Shown one piece after another: positions 1-9,772 of a stretch of DNA of 64,000 nt. This DNA comes from Longimicrobiales bacterium. Its GTDB lineage: Bacteria > Gemmatimonadota > Gemmatimonadetes > Longimicrobiales > Gaopeijiaceae. Numbering within the stretch: the first letter of the stretch is position 1; every line of letters starts with the position of its first letter. A program made the translations under genes and the position numbers. The notes beneath the pieces are model-generated. The model saw only the letters and a program-made list of their open reading frames with translations. It did no database searches and was not told where the DNA came from. The DNA is taken from contig CBDDCX010000008.1 in assembly GCA_965226375.1 (NCBI GenBank), positions 416,001 to 480,000 on the forward strand, read 5' to 3'.

Positions 1-513
1 GGTGTCGACCCGAGGACGCTCGGCCCGCAGATTCGCGAAGCCGTTTGGAACATCGACAGCCGCATCCCCATGGAGAACCTGCACACCATGCAGGAGTTCA
101 TTTCCGACAGTGTGGCGACCCCCAGGCTGGCCATGATGGCCGTGGGCTCGTTCGCGTTGCTCGCTCTCTTGCTCGCTTCGATCGGGGTATACGGGGTGCT
201 CTCGTACACCGTGGGCCTTCGGCGTGCCGAGTTCGGAATCCGGCAGGCGCTCGGCGCGGATCGGGACCGAATTCTGGGGCTGGTGCTGAGACAGGGACTG
301 CGCGTTACAGCGCTGGGGGTGGTGTCGGGGCTGGTGCTCTCTTTGGCTCTCGGACGCTTCCTGAACTCCTTGCTCTATCAGGTCACGGCAACGCATGTGC
401 CGACGCTCGCGGGTGTGACCGTGGTGCTCACGTTGGTGGCGATGGTGGCGTGCATCATTCCGGCTATTCGGGCGACCCGAGTGGATCCGGCGGGGGCGCT
501 CCGCGCGGAGTAG
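1..513 (+). CDS. ABC transporter permease (ADOP/MacB-FtsX-like), C-terminal part, runs off window start
   Basis: Frame open from base 1; motifs GVYGVLSYTV, EFGIRQALGA and terminal RATRVDPAGALRAE; paralog at 39751. Confidence 0.9.
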   Translation, partial: GVDPRTLGPQIREAVWNIDSRIPMENLHTMQEFISDSVATPRLAMMAVGSFALLALLLASIGVYGVLSYTVGLRRAEFGIRQALGADRDRILGLVLRQGLRVTALGVVSGLVLSLALGRFLNSLLYQVTATHVPTLAGVTVVLTLVAMVACIIPAIRATRVDPAGALRAE

Positions 514-634
514 CACTCGAAGCGGTCGTCACGACGAGCCGTTGGCTATGTGAATTGCGTGGCAGAATCTTCCGGTCCCATCCGTTCACTTCAAGTTGGC
601 TGACGGAGAGACTCGATTCCGGGAGGGGTAGGGC

Positions 635-2974
635 ATGGGTCGGTGGGGCTTTTTGAGGTACGGATGGGTGCCGCTCGCGGCGGTGGTTGGGCTCGGCTCG
701 GCGGGTGGCGTGCAGGCTCAGGACGTGACGGTGCGAGTTTCCGGCGTCGTGAGCGAAGCACAGACGAACACACCCGTGGCCAGCGCACAGGTCCGGATCC
801 CGGAACGAGGACTCCAGGCCGTCACGGGGTCGGACGGACGCTTCACGTTCAGTGCCATCCCGTCGGGCACCTATACGCTCCGGGTCGATCGACTCGGATA
901 CCGTGTAGTCGAGGACGTTCTTCGGATCGGGACGTCTGACGTCACGGTCCCGATCCTTCTCGCACCCGAAGCTCTGCGACTCGCCGAGATCGTGGTGACG
1001 CCGGGCCATTTCGGAGTGATGGGTGACGCCGCGGTCCGGCAGCAACAGACGTTGACCCGAGAAGATCTCGAGACCGTACCCCAATTGGGAGAGGACGTCT
1101 TCCGGGTATTGCGCACGATTCCGGGGGTCGCCGTCGATGACATCTCGACGCGACTCAACGTGCGTGGCGGTGGGGATTCGGAGCTCCTGAATCTGCTGGA
1201 CGGGATGGAGCTCTACGAACCGTACCATCTAAAAGACTTCGATGGCGTGTTCGGTATCGTCGACGTGCAATCCATCGGAGGCATCGACCTGGTTACCGGC
1301 GGCTTCGGCCCCGAGTACGGTGACAAACTTACCGGCGTCTTCGACATGAGGAGTCGCACCGCGCCCGTGAGTGGTGCGCGCACCACAGTCGGTCTGAGTG
1401 TCTCGAACGCTTCCGTCATGACGCGCGGGTCCTTCGAGCAGGGGCGCGGACAGTGGCTCTTTCAGGCCCGTCGCGGCTACCTCGACCTCCTTCTGAAGCT
1501 GACGGACAGCGACGACGATGACGAGGAGCTCTCCCCGCGGTACTTCGATATCTTCGGCAAGACGCGGTACGAGATCACCCCGAACCATCGGATCTCGGCC
1601 AACCTCCTGTACGCGGGTGACGAGTTGACGTTCGCCGCCCCTGACGGCCGAGTCGACAGCAGATGGACCAGCGCCTACGGATGGCTCACGTGGGACGCCG
1701 TGTTCGATCGGGTCTCCATCACCACGAGGGCCTCGGGCGGAGGGCTCGACCGCAGTCGTGTGGGCAACATCGATGAACCCGAGGCGCTGCGAGGCCCCAA
1801 CCTTCTGTCGGTCGATGACCAGCGCACGTTCCGCTTTGCCGGGCTGAAGCAGGATGTGCGAATCGACCTCGGTGAACGACTCTATCTCAAGCTCGGGGGA
1901 GAGGCGAAACAGCTCGAGGCCGACTACGACTACTTCAACGCATCTCGGCGTATCGCCCTGCTCCCGAGTGGGAGTATCGGTAACGTCCACGACACGGTCG
2001 ACGTGGATCTCGCACCTACGGGAAGCGAGATCTCCGGGTACCTGGCCGCGCGGGTTCGCCCCTTCGAGGTCCTGACGGCCGAAATCGGCGTGCGCTATGA
2101 TCGCATCTCACATACCGGCGACGAGGACTTCGCGCCACGCGTGCTCACCGCGCTGCAGGTGACCGAGGCGACGAGTTTACGTGCCAGTTGGGGAAGCTAC
2201 TACCAATCTCACGGACTCCATGAGCTCGAGGTGGGGGACGGCGAGGAGCAGTTCTTCCCGACCGATCATGCGGAGCAACTCGCTGTCGGGATCGAGCACC
2301 GATTTCCAAACGAACTGAGCCTCAGACTCGAGCTGTATCGGCGTTCGATGGACGATCAGAGACCCCGCTTTCTCAACGCCGATCGCGAGATCGATCCGTT
2401 CCCTGAAGCCGAGGGTGACCGCCTCCGTATCGACCCCGGCGAGGGCCGTGCCCGGGGGATCGAACTCCTGATGGGGCTCGACCGCGGCGGTGCCTGGGGA
2501 TGGTCCGGTAACTACACGTTATCTCAGGCCGAAGACGAGATCGATGGGGAGTGGGTGCCCCGCACTCTGGATCAGAGACACGCGTTCGGCTTTACCTCAG
2601 CATACCGCCGGGGCAGTGCCTGGCAGTTTTCCACGACCTTCCAATATCACACGGGCTGGCCGGCTACCCCATCGACCTTTGTCATCGAAGAGCTTCCAGA
2701 CGGCACCCTCATTCTCGCGCGGAAGGTAGAGGACCTCAATACACTCCGCCTGCCGGCGTACCACCGTCTCGACTTCCGAGTCTCCAGGAATTTCAATGTC
2801 GGAAACGGTGTGCTACAGGCGTACCTCGACGTGTTCAACGTATACAACCGCGCGAACCTTCGAGGATACGCGTGCTATCCGCAGGTGAACGATGGAGTGG
2901 TAACCGTCGTTCAAGCGAACGGCGAGGAGCTGCTCCCGATCCTTCCGACGATCGGGTTCCGCTGGGAGTGCTGA
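635..2974 (+). CDS. TonB-dependent receptor with N-terminal carboxypeptidase-regulatory-like domain
   Basis: Signal peptide (VQA-QD), plug motifs (NVRGG, LLDG, GGFGPEYGD), barrel end YHRLD...DVFNVYNR; ends WEC rather than the usual Phe. Confidence 0.9.
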   Translation: MGRWGFLRYGWVPLAAVVGLGSAGGVQAQDVTVRVSGVVSEAQTNTPVASAQVRIPERGLQAVTGSDGRFTFSAIPSGTYTLRVDRLGYRVVEDVLRIGTSDVTVPILLAPEALRLAEIVVTPGHFGVMGDAAVRQQQTLTREDLETVPQLGEDVFRVLRTIPGVAVDDISTRLNVRGGGDSELLNLLDGMELYEPYHLKDFDGVFGIVDVQSIGGIDLVTGGFGPEYGDKLTGVFDMRSRTAPVSGARTTVGLSVSNASVMTRGSFEQGRGQWLFQARRGYLDLLLKLTDSDDDDEELSPRYFDIFGKTRYEITPNHRISANLLYAGDELTFAAPDGRVDSRWTSAYGWLTWDAVFDRVSITTRASGGGLDRSRVGNIDEPEALRGPNLLSVDDQRTFRFAGLKQDVRIDLGERLYLKLGGEAKQLEADYDYFNASRRIALLPSGSIGNVHDTVDVDLAPTGSEISGYLAARVRPFEVLTAEIGVRYDRISHTGDEDFAPRVLTALQVTEATSLRASWGSYYQSHGLHELEVGDGEEQFFPTDHAEQLAVGIEHRFPNELSLRLELYRRSMDDQRPRFLNADREIDPFPEAEGDRLRIDPGEGRARGIELLMGLDRGGAWGWSGNYTLSQAEDEIDGEWVPRTLDQRHAFGFTSAYRRGSAWQFSTTFQYHTGWPATPSTFVIEELPDGTLILARKVEDLNTLRLPAYHRLDFRVSRNFNVGNGVLQAYLDVFNVYNRANLRGYACYPQVNDGVVTVVQANGEELLPILPTIGFRWEC

Positions 2975-3076
2975 GGGGCGCCTCGGCCGCAACGGGTCTG
3001 ACTGGAGCTTGACGGCGATGCACCGGGGGAGAAGGTTGCAGAGTGCGACAAACTGACCTCGGATGGAGGTGCCCCT

Positions 3077-3949
3077 ATGCGTCAGACGAATCGTGCAACC
3101 CGGTCTTGGCATGGCGCGGTGACTGGCTGCGTTGTGTCCGCTGTCCTCTTGGCGGGGGCGCCTCTCGGTGGACAGGACCGCTCGGGGCCATTGCTCATCG
3201 GGTCCGGTGTTTCGTACCCGCCGTTCGCGACGGAGAAACCGACCGGCGGTTACGAGGGATTCTCGCTTGATCTGGCATCCGAGATCGCCGAGCGCATAGG
3301 ACGATCCGGCACGAAGCTGGTCATCCAGGACTTCGCCGTCATCTTCGACGGGCTGCTCACCAGAGACTTCGAGGTCATCGTGACGCCCACAAACATCACT
3401 CCCGACCGCGCGCGCCGTGTGCTTTTCTCCGAAGGGTACATGGATACGGGATTGGGCTTCCTCGTCTTCCGAGGGGCGGAGCTACGCGACGTCACGGACT
3501 TACGTGGCAAAATCCTGGCGGTCGAAGTCGGAACCGTTTCCGACACGTGGGCGAGCGTCAACGAGGCTTGGCTCGGGTTCTCCGTTGAACGATACGAGGA
3601 GAACGGGGACGCGGTGAGTGCGGTGATCACCCGGCGAGCTTTCGCGAGCCTGTCCGACTTGCCTGCGGCAGCGCACACGGCCGGCCAAGTGGGAATCGTT
3701 ACAGTCGCCTACAGCCTTCCGATCGCCGGAAAGTTCGGGCTTGCCTTCCATCCGGACGACGCAGACCTCCGCAAGCAGGTGGAGAGTGCCCTCGAGTGTA
3801 TGAAGATGGACGGCACATTGGCGGGTCTCCACGAGAGGTGGTTCGGGTTCCGTGCCGGGGAGGATACCGCGACGAACACCGTGTACATGGGATACGGTCA
3901 CCCCGGGATCGAAGGGCACGACCCCGAATCGCACGTGCCGCAGTGTTAG
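3077..3949 (+). CDS. Polar amino-acid ABC transporter substrate-binding protein (family 3)
   Basis: YPPF, GFSLDL, NITPDR, FSEGY, DGTLAGLHERWFG motifs; N-terminal signal. Confidence 0.85.
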   Translation: MRQTNRATRSWHGAVTGCVVSAVLLAGAPLGGQDRSGPLLIGSGVSYPPFATEKPTGGYEGFSLDLASEIAERIGRSGTKLVIQDFAVIFDGLLTRDFEVIVTPTNITPDRARRVLFSEGYMDTGLGFLVFRGAELRDVTDLRGKILAVEVGTVSDTWASVNEAWLGFSVERYEENGDAVSAVITRRAFASLSDLPAAAHTAGQVGIVTVAYSLPIAGKFGLAFHPDDADLRKQVESALECMKMDGTLAGLHERWFGFRAGEDTATNTVYMGYGHPGIEGHDPESHVPQC

Positions 3950-5127
3950 TCGAGCGGACCACCGGCGATAGCCCGTAGGAACAACTCTGTAAGGTCCGAC
4001 TCGGTCAGGGGCAGGGGATTCCCGGCCACCGAGGGATCCAACGAAGCCATCCGCGCGAGCACTTTCACGTGTTGCTCTTCGACCCCGAGCTCGGATAGGG
4101 TGTGCGGAATGCCTATCGCCTCCCGTAGCTCGAGCACCCAGCCCTGGACGGCATCGAAGGACGGGGTTGGAAGGTCGAGGTAGCGTGCGAGACGGGTCAT
4201 CCGCTCTTCGATGGCCGGGCGATTGAAGGCGAGTACGTAAGGCATGACCACGCCGTTGGTGAGCCCATGGTGTATATCGAGCACGGCTCCGATGGGGTGG
4301 CTCAGCGCATGGATGGCTCCGAGCCCCTTCTGGAATGCCGCCGCACCCATGCTGGACGCAGCGAGCATATGGGCCCGGGCGCTGACGTCGCCACCGTCCC
4401 TGACGGCCACGGGGAGCCACTCGTGGATGAGCCGTAGCCCCTCGACGGCCAGGCCGTCGGCCATCGGGTGATACCCCGGCGCACACAGCGCCTCGAGGTT
4501 GTGGGCCAACGCGTCCATGCCCGTGGCGGCTGTGAGCTGCGGTGGTAGGCTCACCGTGAGTTCCGGATCGGAGATCACGCAGCCCGGCAGCATGTTCGGG
4601 TGGAAGATGATCTTCTTGGTGCGGGTCTCCACGTCGGTGATTACCGAGGCACGCCCGACCTCAGAGCCGGTACCCGCCGTGGTGGGGACGGCTATCACAG
4701 GGGCCATGCCGTCCACGTCCACGCGTGTGTACCAGTCCTCGCGATCTTCGAAGTCCCAGATGGGGCGGCTCTGGCCCACCATCAGGGCGATGGCCTTTCC
4801 GGCGTCCAGAGCGCTTCCACCGCCAAGCGCGACTACGCCGTTACATCCGCTTTCCCGGTAGGCAGCGACGCCGTCGTCCACGTTCTGGCCGACCGGGTTG
4901 GATCTCACCTCGGAGAACACCGGTGTCGGTAATCGCGCCGCCCCGTTGGCGGCAACGGCATCGTGCACCATTGCGAGGTCCCGCAGACCCGGGTCTGTGA
5001 CCAGGAGAGGATGCGTAATGCCGAGTGCAGTGCACGCCTCGGCGAGCTCCGCAATGCGGCCGGGTCCAAAGCGGACCTCGGTGGGATAATGCCAGTCGCC
5101 CCGTAGGGTCTGAGGATCGACGTGCAT
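3946..5127 (-). CDS. Iron-containing alcohol dehydrogenase
   Basis: GGGSALDAGK, PTTAGTGSEV, GMDALAH, HALSH...HHG motifs. Confidence 0.93.
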   Translation of the reverse strand: MHVDPQTLRGDWHYPTEVRFGPGRIAELAEACTALGITHPLLVTDPGLRDLAMVHDAVAANGAARLPTPVFSEVRSNPVGQNVDDGVAAYRESGCNGVVALGGGSALDAGKAIALMVGQSRPIWDFEDREDWYTRVDVDGMAPVIAVPTTAGTGSEVGRASVITDVETRTKKIIFHPNMLPGCVISDPELTVSLPPQLTAATGMDALAHNLEALCAPGYHPMADGLAVEGLRLIHEWLPVAVRDGGDVSARAHMLAASSMGAAAFQKGLGAIHALSHPIGAVLDIHHGLTNGVVMPYVLAFNRPAIEERMTRLARYLDLPTPSFDAVQGWVLELREAIGIPHTLSELGVEEQHVKVLARMASLDPSVAGNPLPLTESDLTELFLRAIAGGPLD

Positions 5128-6516
5128 CTATGAGTCCCGTGTTGTCGTTCGCAGATGGAAGGACTTGGGGCGGGTGAGCTGCTCGTAGCCGAGCGCCGAG
5201 AGTGTGCAACCGCGACCCGAGTCTTTGACGCCGACCCAGGCCAGGGCGGGATCCAGGTAGTCGCATCGATTCATGAACCACGTACCGGTGTCGATGCGGT
5301 CACCGATTCGGATGGCTTCGTCCTCGTCGGTCGTGCAGACACAGGCAGTCAGTCCATATCGGCTGTCGTTCATCAGCTCGATGGCTTCTGAGTCGGAGGC
5401 AACCTCCATGATGCCGATGGCCGGTCCGAAGGTTTCCTCGGTCATGAGTTCCATGGAATGATCGACGTCGACCAGAACCTGAGGGCCGAGGTACGGAGTG
5501 TCGGGCCGCCCCGCCGGGAATCGGGCGCCATCGATTAGAGTCCGAGCACCCTTGGCTTCCGCGTCCGCTATCTGGGCTCGTACGGCGTCTGCGGCGCGGG
5601 TGCGCACCATCGGGCCAAGAGTGGTCTCTGCGTCGAGCGGATTCCCGAGGCGCAGCCGGTACGTCTCCTCTACGAAGCCTTCGACGAAGGCCTCATAAAC
5701 GTCGCGGTTCACGTAGATGCGCTCGATGCCGCAGCAGGACTGTCCGGCGTTGAAGAACGCTCCGTCGGCCAACAGAGCGACGGCGTGTTCGAGATCGGCG
5801 TCCGCGCGCACGTAGGCCGGGTCCTTGCCGCCCAACTCCAAGCCCGTGCCGATGAAGCGTTCCCGAGCCGCTCTTTGCACGGCCTGGCCTCCAGATACGG
5901 AGCCCGTAAAGGACACGAAGTCGACTCGGCCGTCACCCACGACCCGAGCCACGTCGTCATGATCCAGGTGAAGGTATTGGAATACACCCTCGGGTAGATC
6001 GGCGGTGGCGAACGCATCGGCGAACCGCTCCGCGCAGAGCGGTGTTTGAGCCGAGTGTTTGAGGACGACGGTGTTGCCTGCCATGAGCGCCGGTATGACG
6101 GCATTCACGGCCGTGAGATACGGGTAGTTCCACGGGGCGACTACGAAGACCAGCCCCAACGGCTCCCGCCGGATGAACCGCCGAAATCCCGGCTTGAGCT
6201 CTGCGTCCACCTCCTTTAGAGCATCGTGGGCGGCGGAGATCATGTAGCGTGAACGCTCCTCGAAACCCCCTACTTCGCCTGGAGATTGGGATAAGGGGCG
6301 CCCCATTTGCCAGGTGATCTCAGTGGCGATGTCGTCCTTGGCTCTTACGAAAGCGTCCACCGCGTCGCCCAGCATTCGGGCCCGGCGCTCGAGCGAGGTG
6401 GCCTTCCAGCCGGGCCGTGCGGTCTCGGCGCTGGCAAGGGTCTGATCGATCTCCGTTGGTGAAGCAAGATCCCGCTCGACAAAGACACTTCCGTCGACAG
6501 GTGAGATCGTCTTCAT
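5128..6516 (-). CDS. Aldehyde dehydrogenase
   Basis: PWNYP, FTGS, LELGGKDP, NAGQSCC, EETFGP motifs. Confidence 0.95.
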   Translation of the reverse strand: MKTISPVDGSVFVERDLASPTEIDQTLASAETARPGWKATSLERRARMLGDAVDAFVRAKDDIATEITWQMGRPLSQSPGEVGGFEERSRYMISAAHDALKEVDAELKPGFRRFIRREPLGLVFVVAPWNYPYLTAVNAVIPALMAGNTVVLKHSAQTPLCAERFADAFATADLPEGVFQYLHLDHDDVARVVGDGRVDFVSFTGSVSGGQAVQRAARERFIGTGLELGGKDPAYVRADADLEHAVALLADGAFFNAGQSCCGIERIYVNRDVYEAFVEGFVEETYRLRLGNPLDAETTLGPMVRTRAADAVRAQIADAEAKGARTLIDGARFPAGRPDTPYLGPQVLVDVDHSMELMTEETFGPAIGIMEVASDSEAIELMNDSRYGLTACVCTTDEDEAIRIGDRIDTGTWFMNRCDYLDPALAWVGVKDSGRGCTLSALGYEQLTRPKSFHLRTTTRDS

Positions 6517-6607
6517 GACCCTTGCATGTCGGGGAAGCAGACGAGGATCGTGTCGATCTCGTCCGCCTCTACCAAACCACGTAGCCGCTCCGGATAGAGG
6601 TTGCCGC

Positions 6608-8071
6608 TCATCTGGATTCGCCTTGGGCGAGCTCGCGCACCGCGAACTCTTCTTCGGGAGAGTATACCAACGTCTTACGGCCGTAGAGGCCGAAATAGGC
6701 GACTCCGGCCAGGAACCAGATCGCGCATCCGTATACCCCCCATCGGTAGTCCGGATTGATGAACAGGAAGATCAACGTGACCCCCGCGATTATGCCCGCC
6801 ACGATAGCTCCCGGGCTACCGGAACGGCTCAGGTAGGGCCGTTCTATGTGGGGGAGCCGGCGGCGCAGGAGCACGAAGGACAACATCTGCATGATGTAGG
6901 CGATCACCGCTCCGAACACCGCCATGTTCAACAAGACCGCCCCCACCGGACTGCCTTGGGGCACGAAGTGGATGATGAGCGCGACGATGTATCCGATGAT
7001 CGCACCCACGACGAGGGCAATGTGGGGCGTGTGCGACCGCCGCGAGGTCACCGAGAGCCAGTGTGGAAGGTATCCGGCGCGGGACAGCGAATAGATGTTC
7101 CGGCCGTAGGCATAGATGATGGTGTGAAAGCTCGCGATCAGACCGGCCACGGCGAGAAGGGCCAGGACCTTGGTCCCGACCCCATCCCCGAAGATGGTTC
7201 TGAAGCCCAGCAGCAGCGGCTCGTCGGACAGTCCGACCTCCTGAGCTCCGGGCGCGATTCCCGCGTTCAAGAACAGGGTCAGAAACGCACACACAACAAG
7301 CGTCAGGAGCCCCAGCAGAATGCCCCTGGGCATGTCCCGCTTGGGATCGTGGGACTCCTCGGCCGCTAGAGGCAGCTCCTCGATGGCCAGGTAAAACCAG
7401 ATCGCGAACGGAAGGGCCGCAGCCACGCCTCCCCATCCCCTGGGTAGCCATCTGGTGGCCCCGGCGACCGGCTCGATGTCCAGAGCGTTGTCCCACGAGA
7501 AGTGTGAGAGGGCACCGACGTAGAAGATCAGGAGAATGCCCAGCGCCACCAGAGTGATGAAGACGGTGAACTTGAAGCTGACCTCGACCCCCCAGACGTT
7601 CAGACCCACGAAGAGCGTGTAGGCGAGGGCCCACCAGACGGGTGCGAATGCCTCCGGCGTACCGAAGATCGCTCCCAGGTACCCGCCGATTCCCACCACG
7701 ATCACCGCTGGAGTCAGCACGTATTCCATGTTCTCGGCAAGTCCGGTGATGAACCCGCCCCAGGGACCCATGGCCGAACGTCCGAACGAGTAGGCCCCTC
7801 CCGTGTGGGGAAGGGCAGGGGACATCTCGGCGATCGCGTCGCACATGCCGATATACATCACCGTGATGATGACCGTGGCGACGAACAGACCGCCGAACCC
7901 TCCGGCGTCGAGACCGAAGTTCCAGCCGAAGAAGTCGCCCGAGATGACCGCACCGACACCGAGTGCCCACAGAGACCAGACACGCGCGTGGCGTTTCAGC
8001 CCACGCTTCTCGAAGTACTCGGCGTCCACCTGGTGATATTGGACACCGCCGACAGTTTCTTTTTCGGGCAA
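6608..8071 (-). CDS. Ethanolamine permease-like APC amino-acid/amine transporter
   Basis: LGVGAVISGDFFGWNFG, AIWFYLAIE, GLIASFH motifs typical of Eat-like permeases; TTG start at 8071 after GGAGG chosen over the longer track ORF. Confidence 0.85.
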   Translation of the reverse strand: MPEKETVGGVQYHQVDAEYFEKRGLKRHARVWSLWALGVGAVISGDFFGWNFGLDAGGFGGLFVATVIITVMYIGMCDAIAEMSPALPHTGGAYSFGRSAMGPWGGFITGLAENMEYVLTPAVIVVGIGGYLGAIFGTPEAFAPVWWALAYTLFVGLNVWGVEVSFKFTVFITLVALGILLIFYVGALSHFSWDNALDIEPVAGATRWLPRGWGGVAAALPFAIWFYLAIEELPLAAEESHDPKRDMPRGILLGLLTLVVCAFLTLFLNAGIAPGAQEVGLSDEPLLLGFRTIFGDGVGTKVLALLAVAGLIASFHTIIYAYGRNIYSLSRAGYLPHWLSVTSRRSHTPHIALVVGAIIGYIVALIIHFVPQGSPVGAVLLNMAVFGAVIAYIMQMLSFVLLRRRLPHIERPYLSRSGSPGAIVAGIIAGVTLIFLFINPDYRWGVYGCAIWFLAGVAYFGLYGRKTLVYSPEEEFAVRELAQGESR

Positions 8072-8254
8072 GAAGATGCCTCCGGAGTGGGTTTGGGATC
8101 GAAGTGCCGGCGGCTGGGCCGGTTGCACACCGGAACGTCCCGATGTTCTGAAGACAACGAAACATCCGGCGCTCACAACCGCAAACCGCTTGTGTGGTCT
8201 GGCTCCTACCGGCCAACGGCTATTTGCCCCACCACTACAGGCCGGCGGAGGGCT

Positions 8255-8284
8255 TGTCACATTCGTGCCGGCTGGCTCGTTCTA
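8255..8284 (+). promoter_or_regulatory. Putative ECF-sigma promoter, possibly autoregulatory
   Basis: TGTCACA-N16-CGTT about 100 bp upstream of the ECF sigma gene. Confidence 0.5.
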
Positions 8285-8382
8285 TCTCCGGGCTTTGGCT
8301 GCGCAGCCCTTGCCCCGCGTGAGGCGCTCGGGTCAAATCCAAGCTGTAGGTGTGAACCGACCCTTCCAGGATTCCGATCCGA

Positions 8383-8886
8383 GTGGACTTCGAGAAGACC
8401 TTCGACCAACTGCACCCGGCGCTGTTCCGGTACTGTCATCGCTTGACCGGTGACCCGGACGTGGCCGACGACGTGGCGCAGGAGGCTTTTGTCAGGCTGT
8501 ACGACCACAAGGTCGAAGGTGATGAGCGGGGTGTGCGTGCCTGGCTCTTCCGCACGGCCACGCACCTGGTGCGCGACCGTTACCGAGTGGACGAGAACCG
8601 GAGACGGCTTCTCGAGGCGAATCCGGTCCGACCGGCGTCCCTCGAGCAACCGGACCGAGAAATTCATAGAAGAGAAGACGTGGCAAGAGTACGGATGGCA
8701 CTGGAGGACCTGAGCGTGCGTGACCGGGCGATGTTGCTGGCACGATACGAAGGGTTCAGTTACCGCGAGATCGCCGAGGCGTTCGACGTGGCGCCGGGAT
8801 CGGTCGGGACGCTACTTGCTCGGGCTGAGAGGCGCTTTGTCAGCGCCTATGGGCCCGCTGAGGAGAACGATGACGCATCTGGATGA
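8383..8886 (+). CDS. ECF RNA polymerase sigma-70 factor
   Basis: Region 2 DDVAQEAF...AWLFRTA; region 4 YREIAEAFDVAPGSVGTLLARA. Confidence 0.93.
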   Translation: MDFEKTFDQLHPALFRYCHRLTGDPDVADDVAQEAFVRLYDHKVEGDERGVRAWLFRTATHLVRDRYRVDENRRRLLEANPVRPASLEQPDREIHRREDVARVRMALEDLSVRDRAMLLARYEGFSYREIAEAFDVAPGSVGTLLARAERRFVSAYGPAEENDDASG

Positions 8887-9721
8887 GGGACTGCTCCGCG
8901 CGCTGCTCGACGGCGAGACGGTCGACGGCGGCGAGGCTTCCGCCATAGGACATCTCGACGAGTGCGACCGCTGCCAGGCTCTCCTGGACGAGCTCCGCGA
9001 CGCCGGCTCCGTAGTCGGCACGGCTCTCGCGCATCTCGACACGGTTCCCGCACCGGTGGGCGCGAAGGCGGCGGTTCTCGCACAGGTGGGCTTTGACGTA
9101 CCGGATGCGACTCGCACACCGGATGCCGCGATTCCCCAGGACATCAGCCCGACCGCGCCGGCACGCCCAACGGGAGTCGCTCCCACGCTCACCGAGCGAT
9201 TCGCCTTCGCCCGTGCGGCCATCCTGGTGCTACTCCTGGGAGGTGTGGTGGCCACGGCCTTGCCGGCCTCGCCCTTGAGCGGGTGGATTGCCGGAGGCTG
9301 GGACCGCGCCGTGACACTCTTTACGGGGCCGACGCAGGCCGAAAGTGCCGCCACTCCGGCGGAGAGCACTCTCACCCCTCAGACCCCCGAATTCGCAGGA
9401 GTTAGTCTCGAGGTCGAAAGCGGAGAGCTCATTGTATTGCTTCTGGACATCGAGCCGGGGACCGAGCTGGATGTGCGCCTCGTGGACGGCTTCCAGGCCG
9501 CCGCGTTCGCGGCTCAGCCGGCGCGCTTTCGTACTGCCGAAGGGTTGATCGAGGTCACCGGTGGCTCCGGCCGAGTGCGCATAGACATCCCCCGATCCGT
9601 GGAAGTGGCATCAATCCACGTGAACGGACGTATGTACCTAACGAAGGCCGGGGACGAGTTGGACGTCGCAGGTCCGATCGTCACCCGAACGTCAGGCGAG
9701 ATTCGCCTGAGGGTCCAATAG
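8870..9721 (+). CDS. Zinc-binding (ZAS/zf-HC2) transmembrane anti-sigma factor
   Basis: HLDECDRC (HxxxCxxC), one TM helix, overlaps sigma stop; ATG after AGGAG. Confidence 0.85.
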   Translation: MTHLDEGLLRALLDGETVDGGEASAIGHLDECDRCQALLDELRDAGSVVGTALAHLDTVPAPVGAKAAVLAQVGFDVPDATRTPDAAIPQDISPTAPARPTGVAPTLTERFAFARAAILVLLLGGVVATALPASPLSGWIAGGWDRAVTLFTGPTQAESAATPAESTLTPQTPEFAGVSLEVESGELIVLLLDIEPGTELDVRLVDGFQAAAFAAQPARFRTAEGLIEVTGGSGRVRIDIPRSVEVASIHVNGRMYLTKAGDELDVAGPIVTRTSGEIRLRVQ

Positions 9722-9772
9722 CCACGATCAAGGGGTCCTGAGACACCACCGGTCCGGAGGCAGATCGACCGA

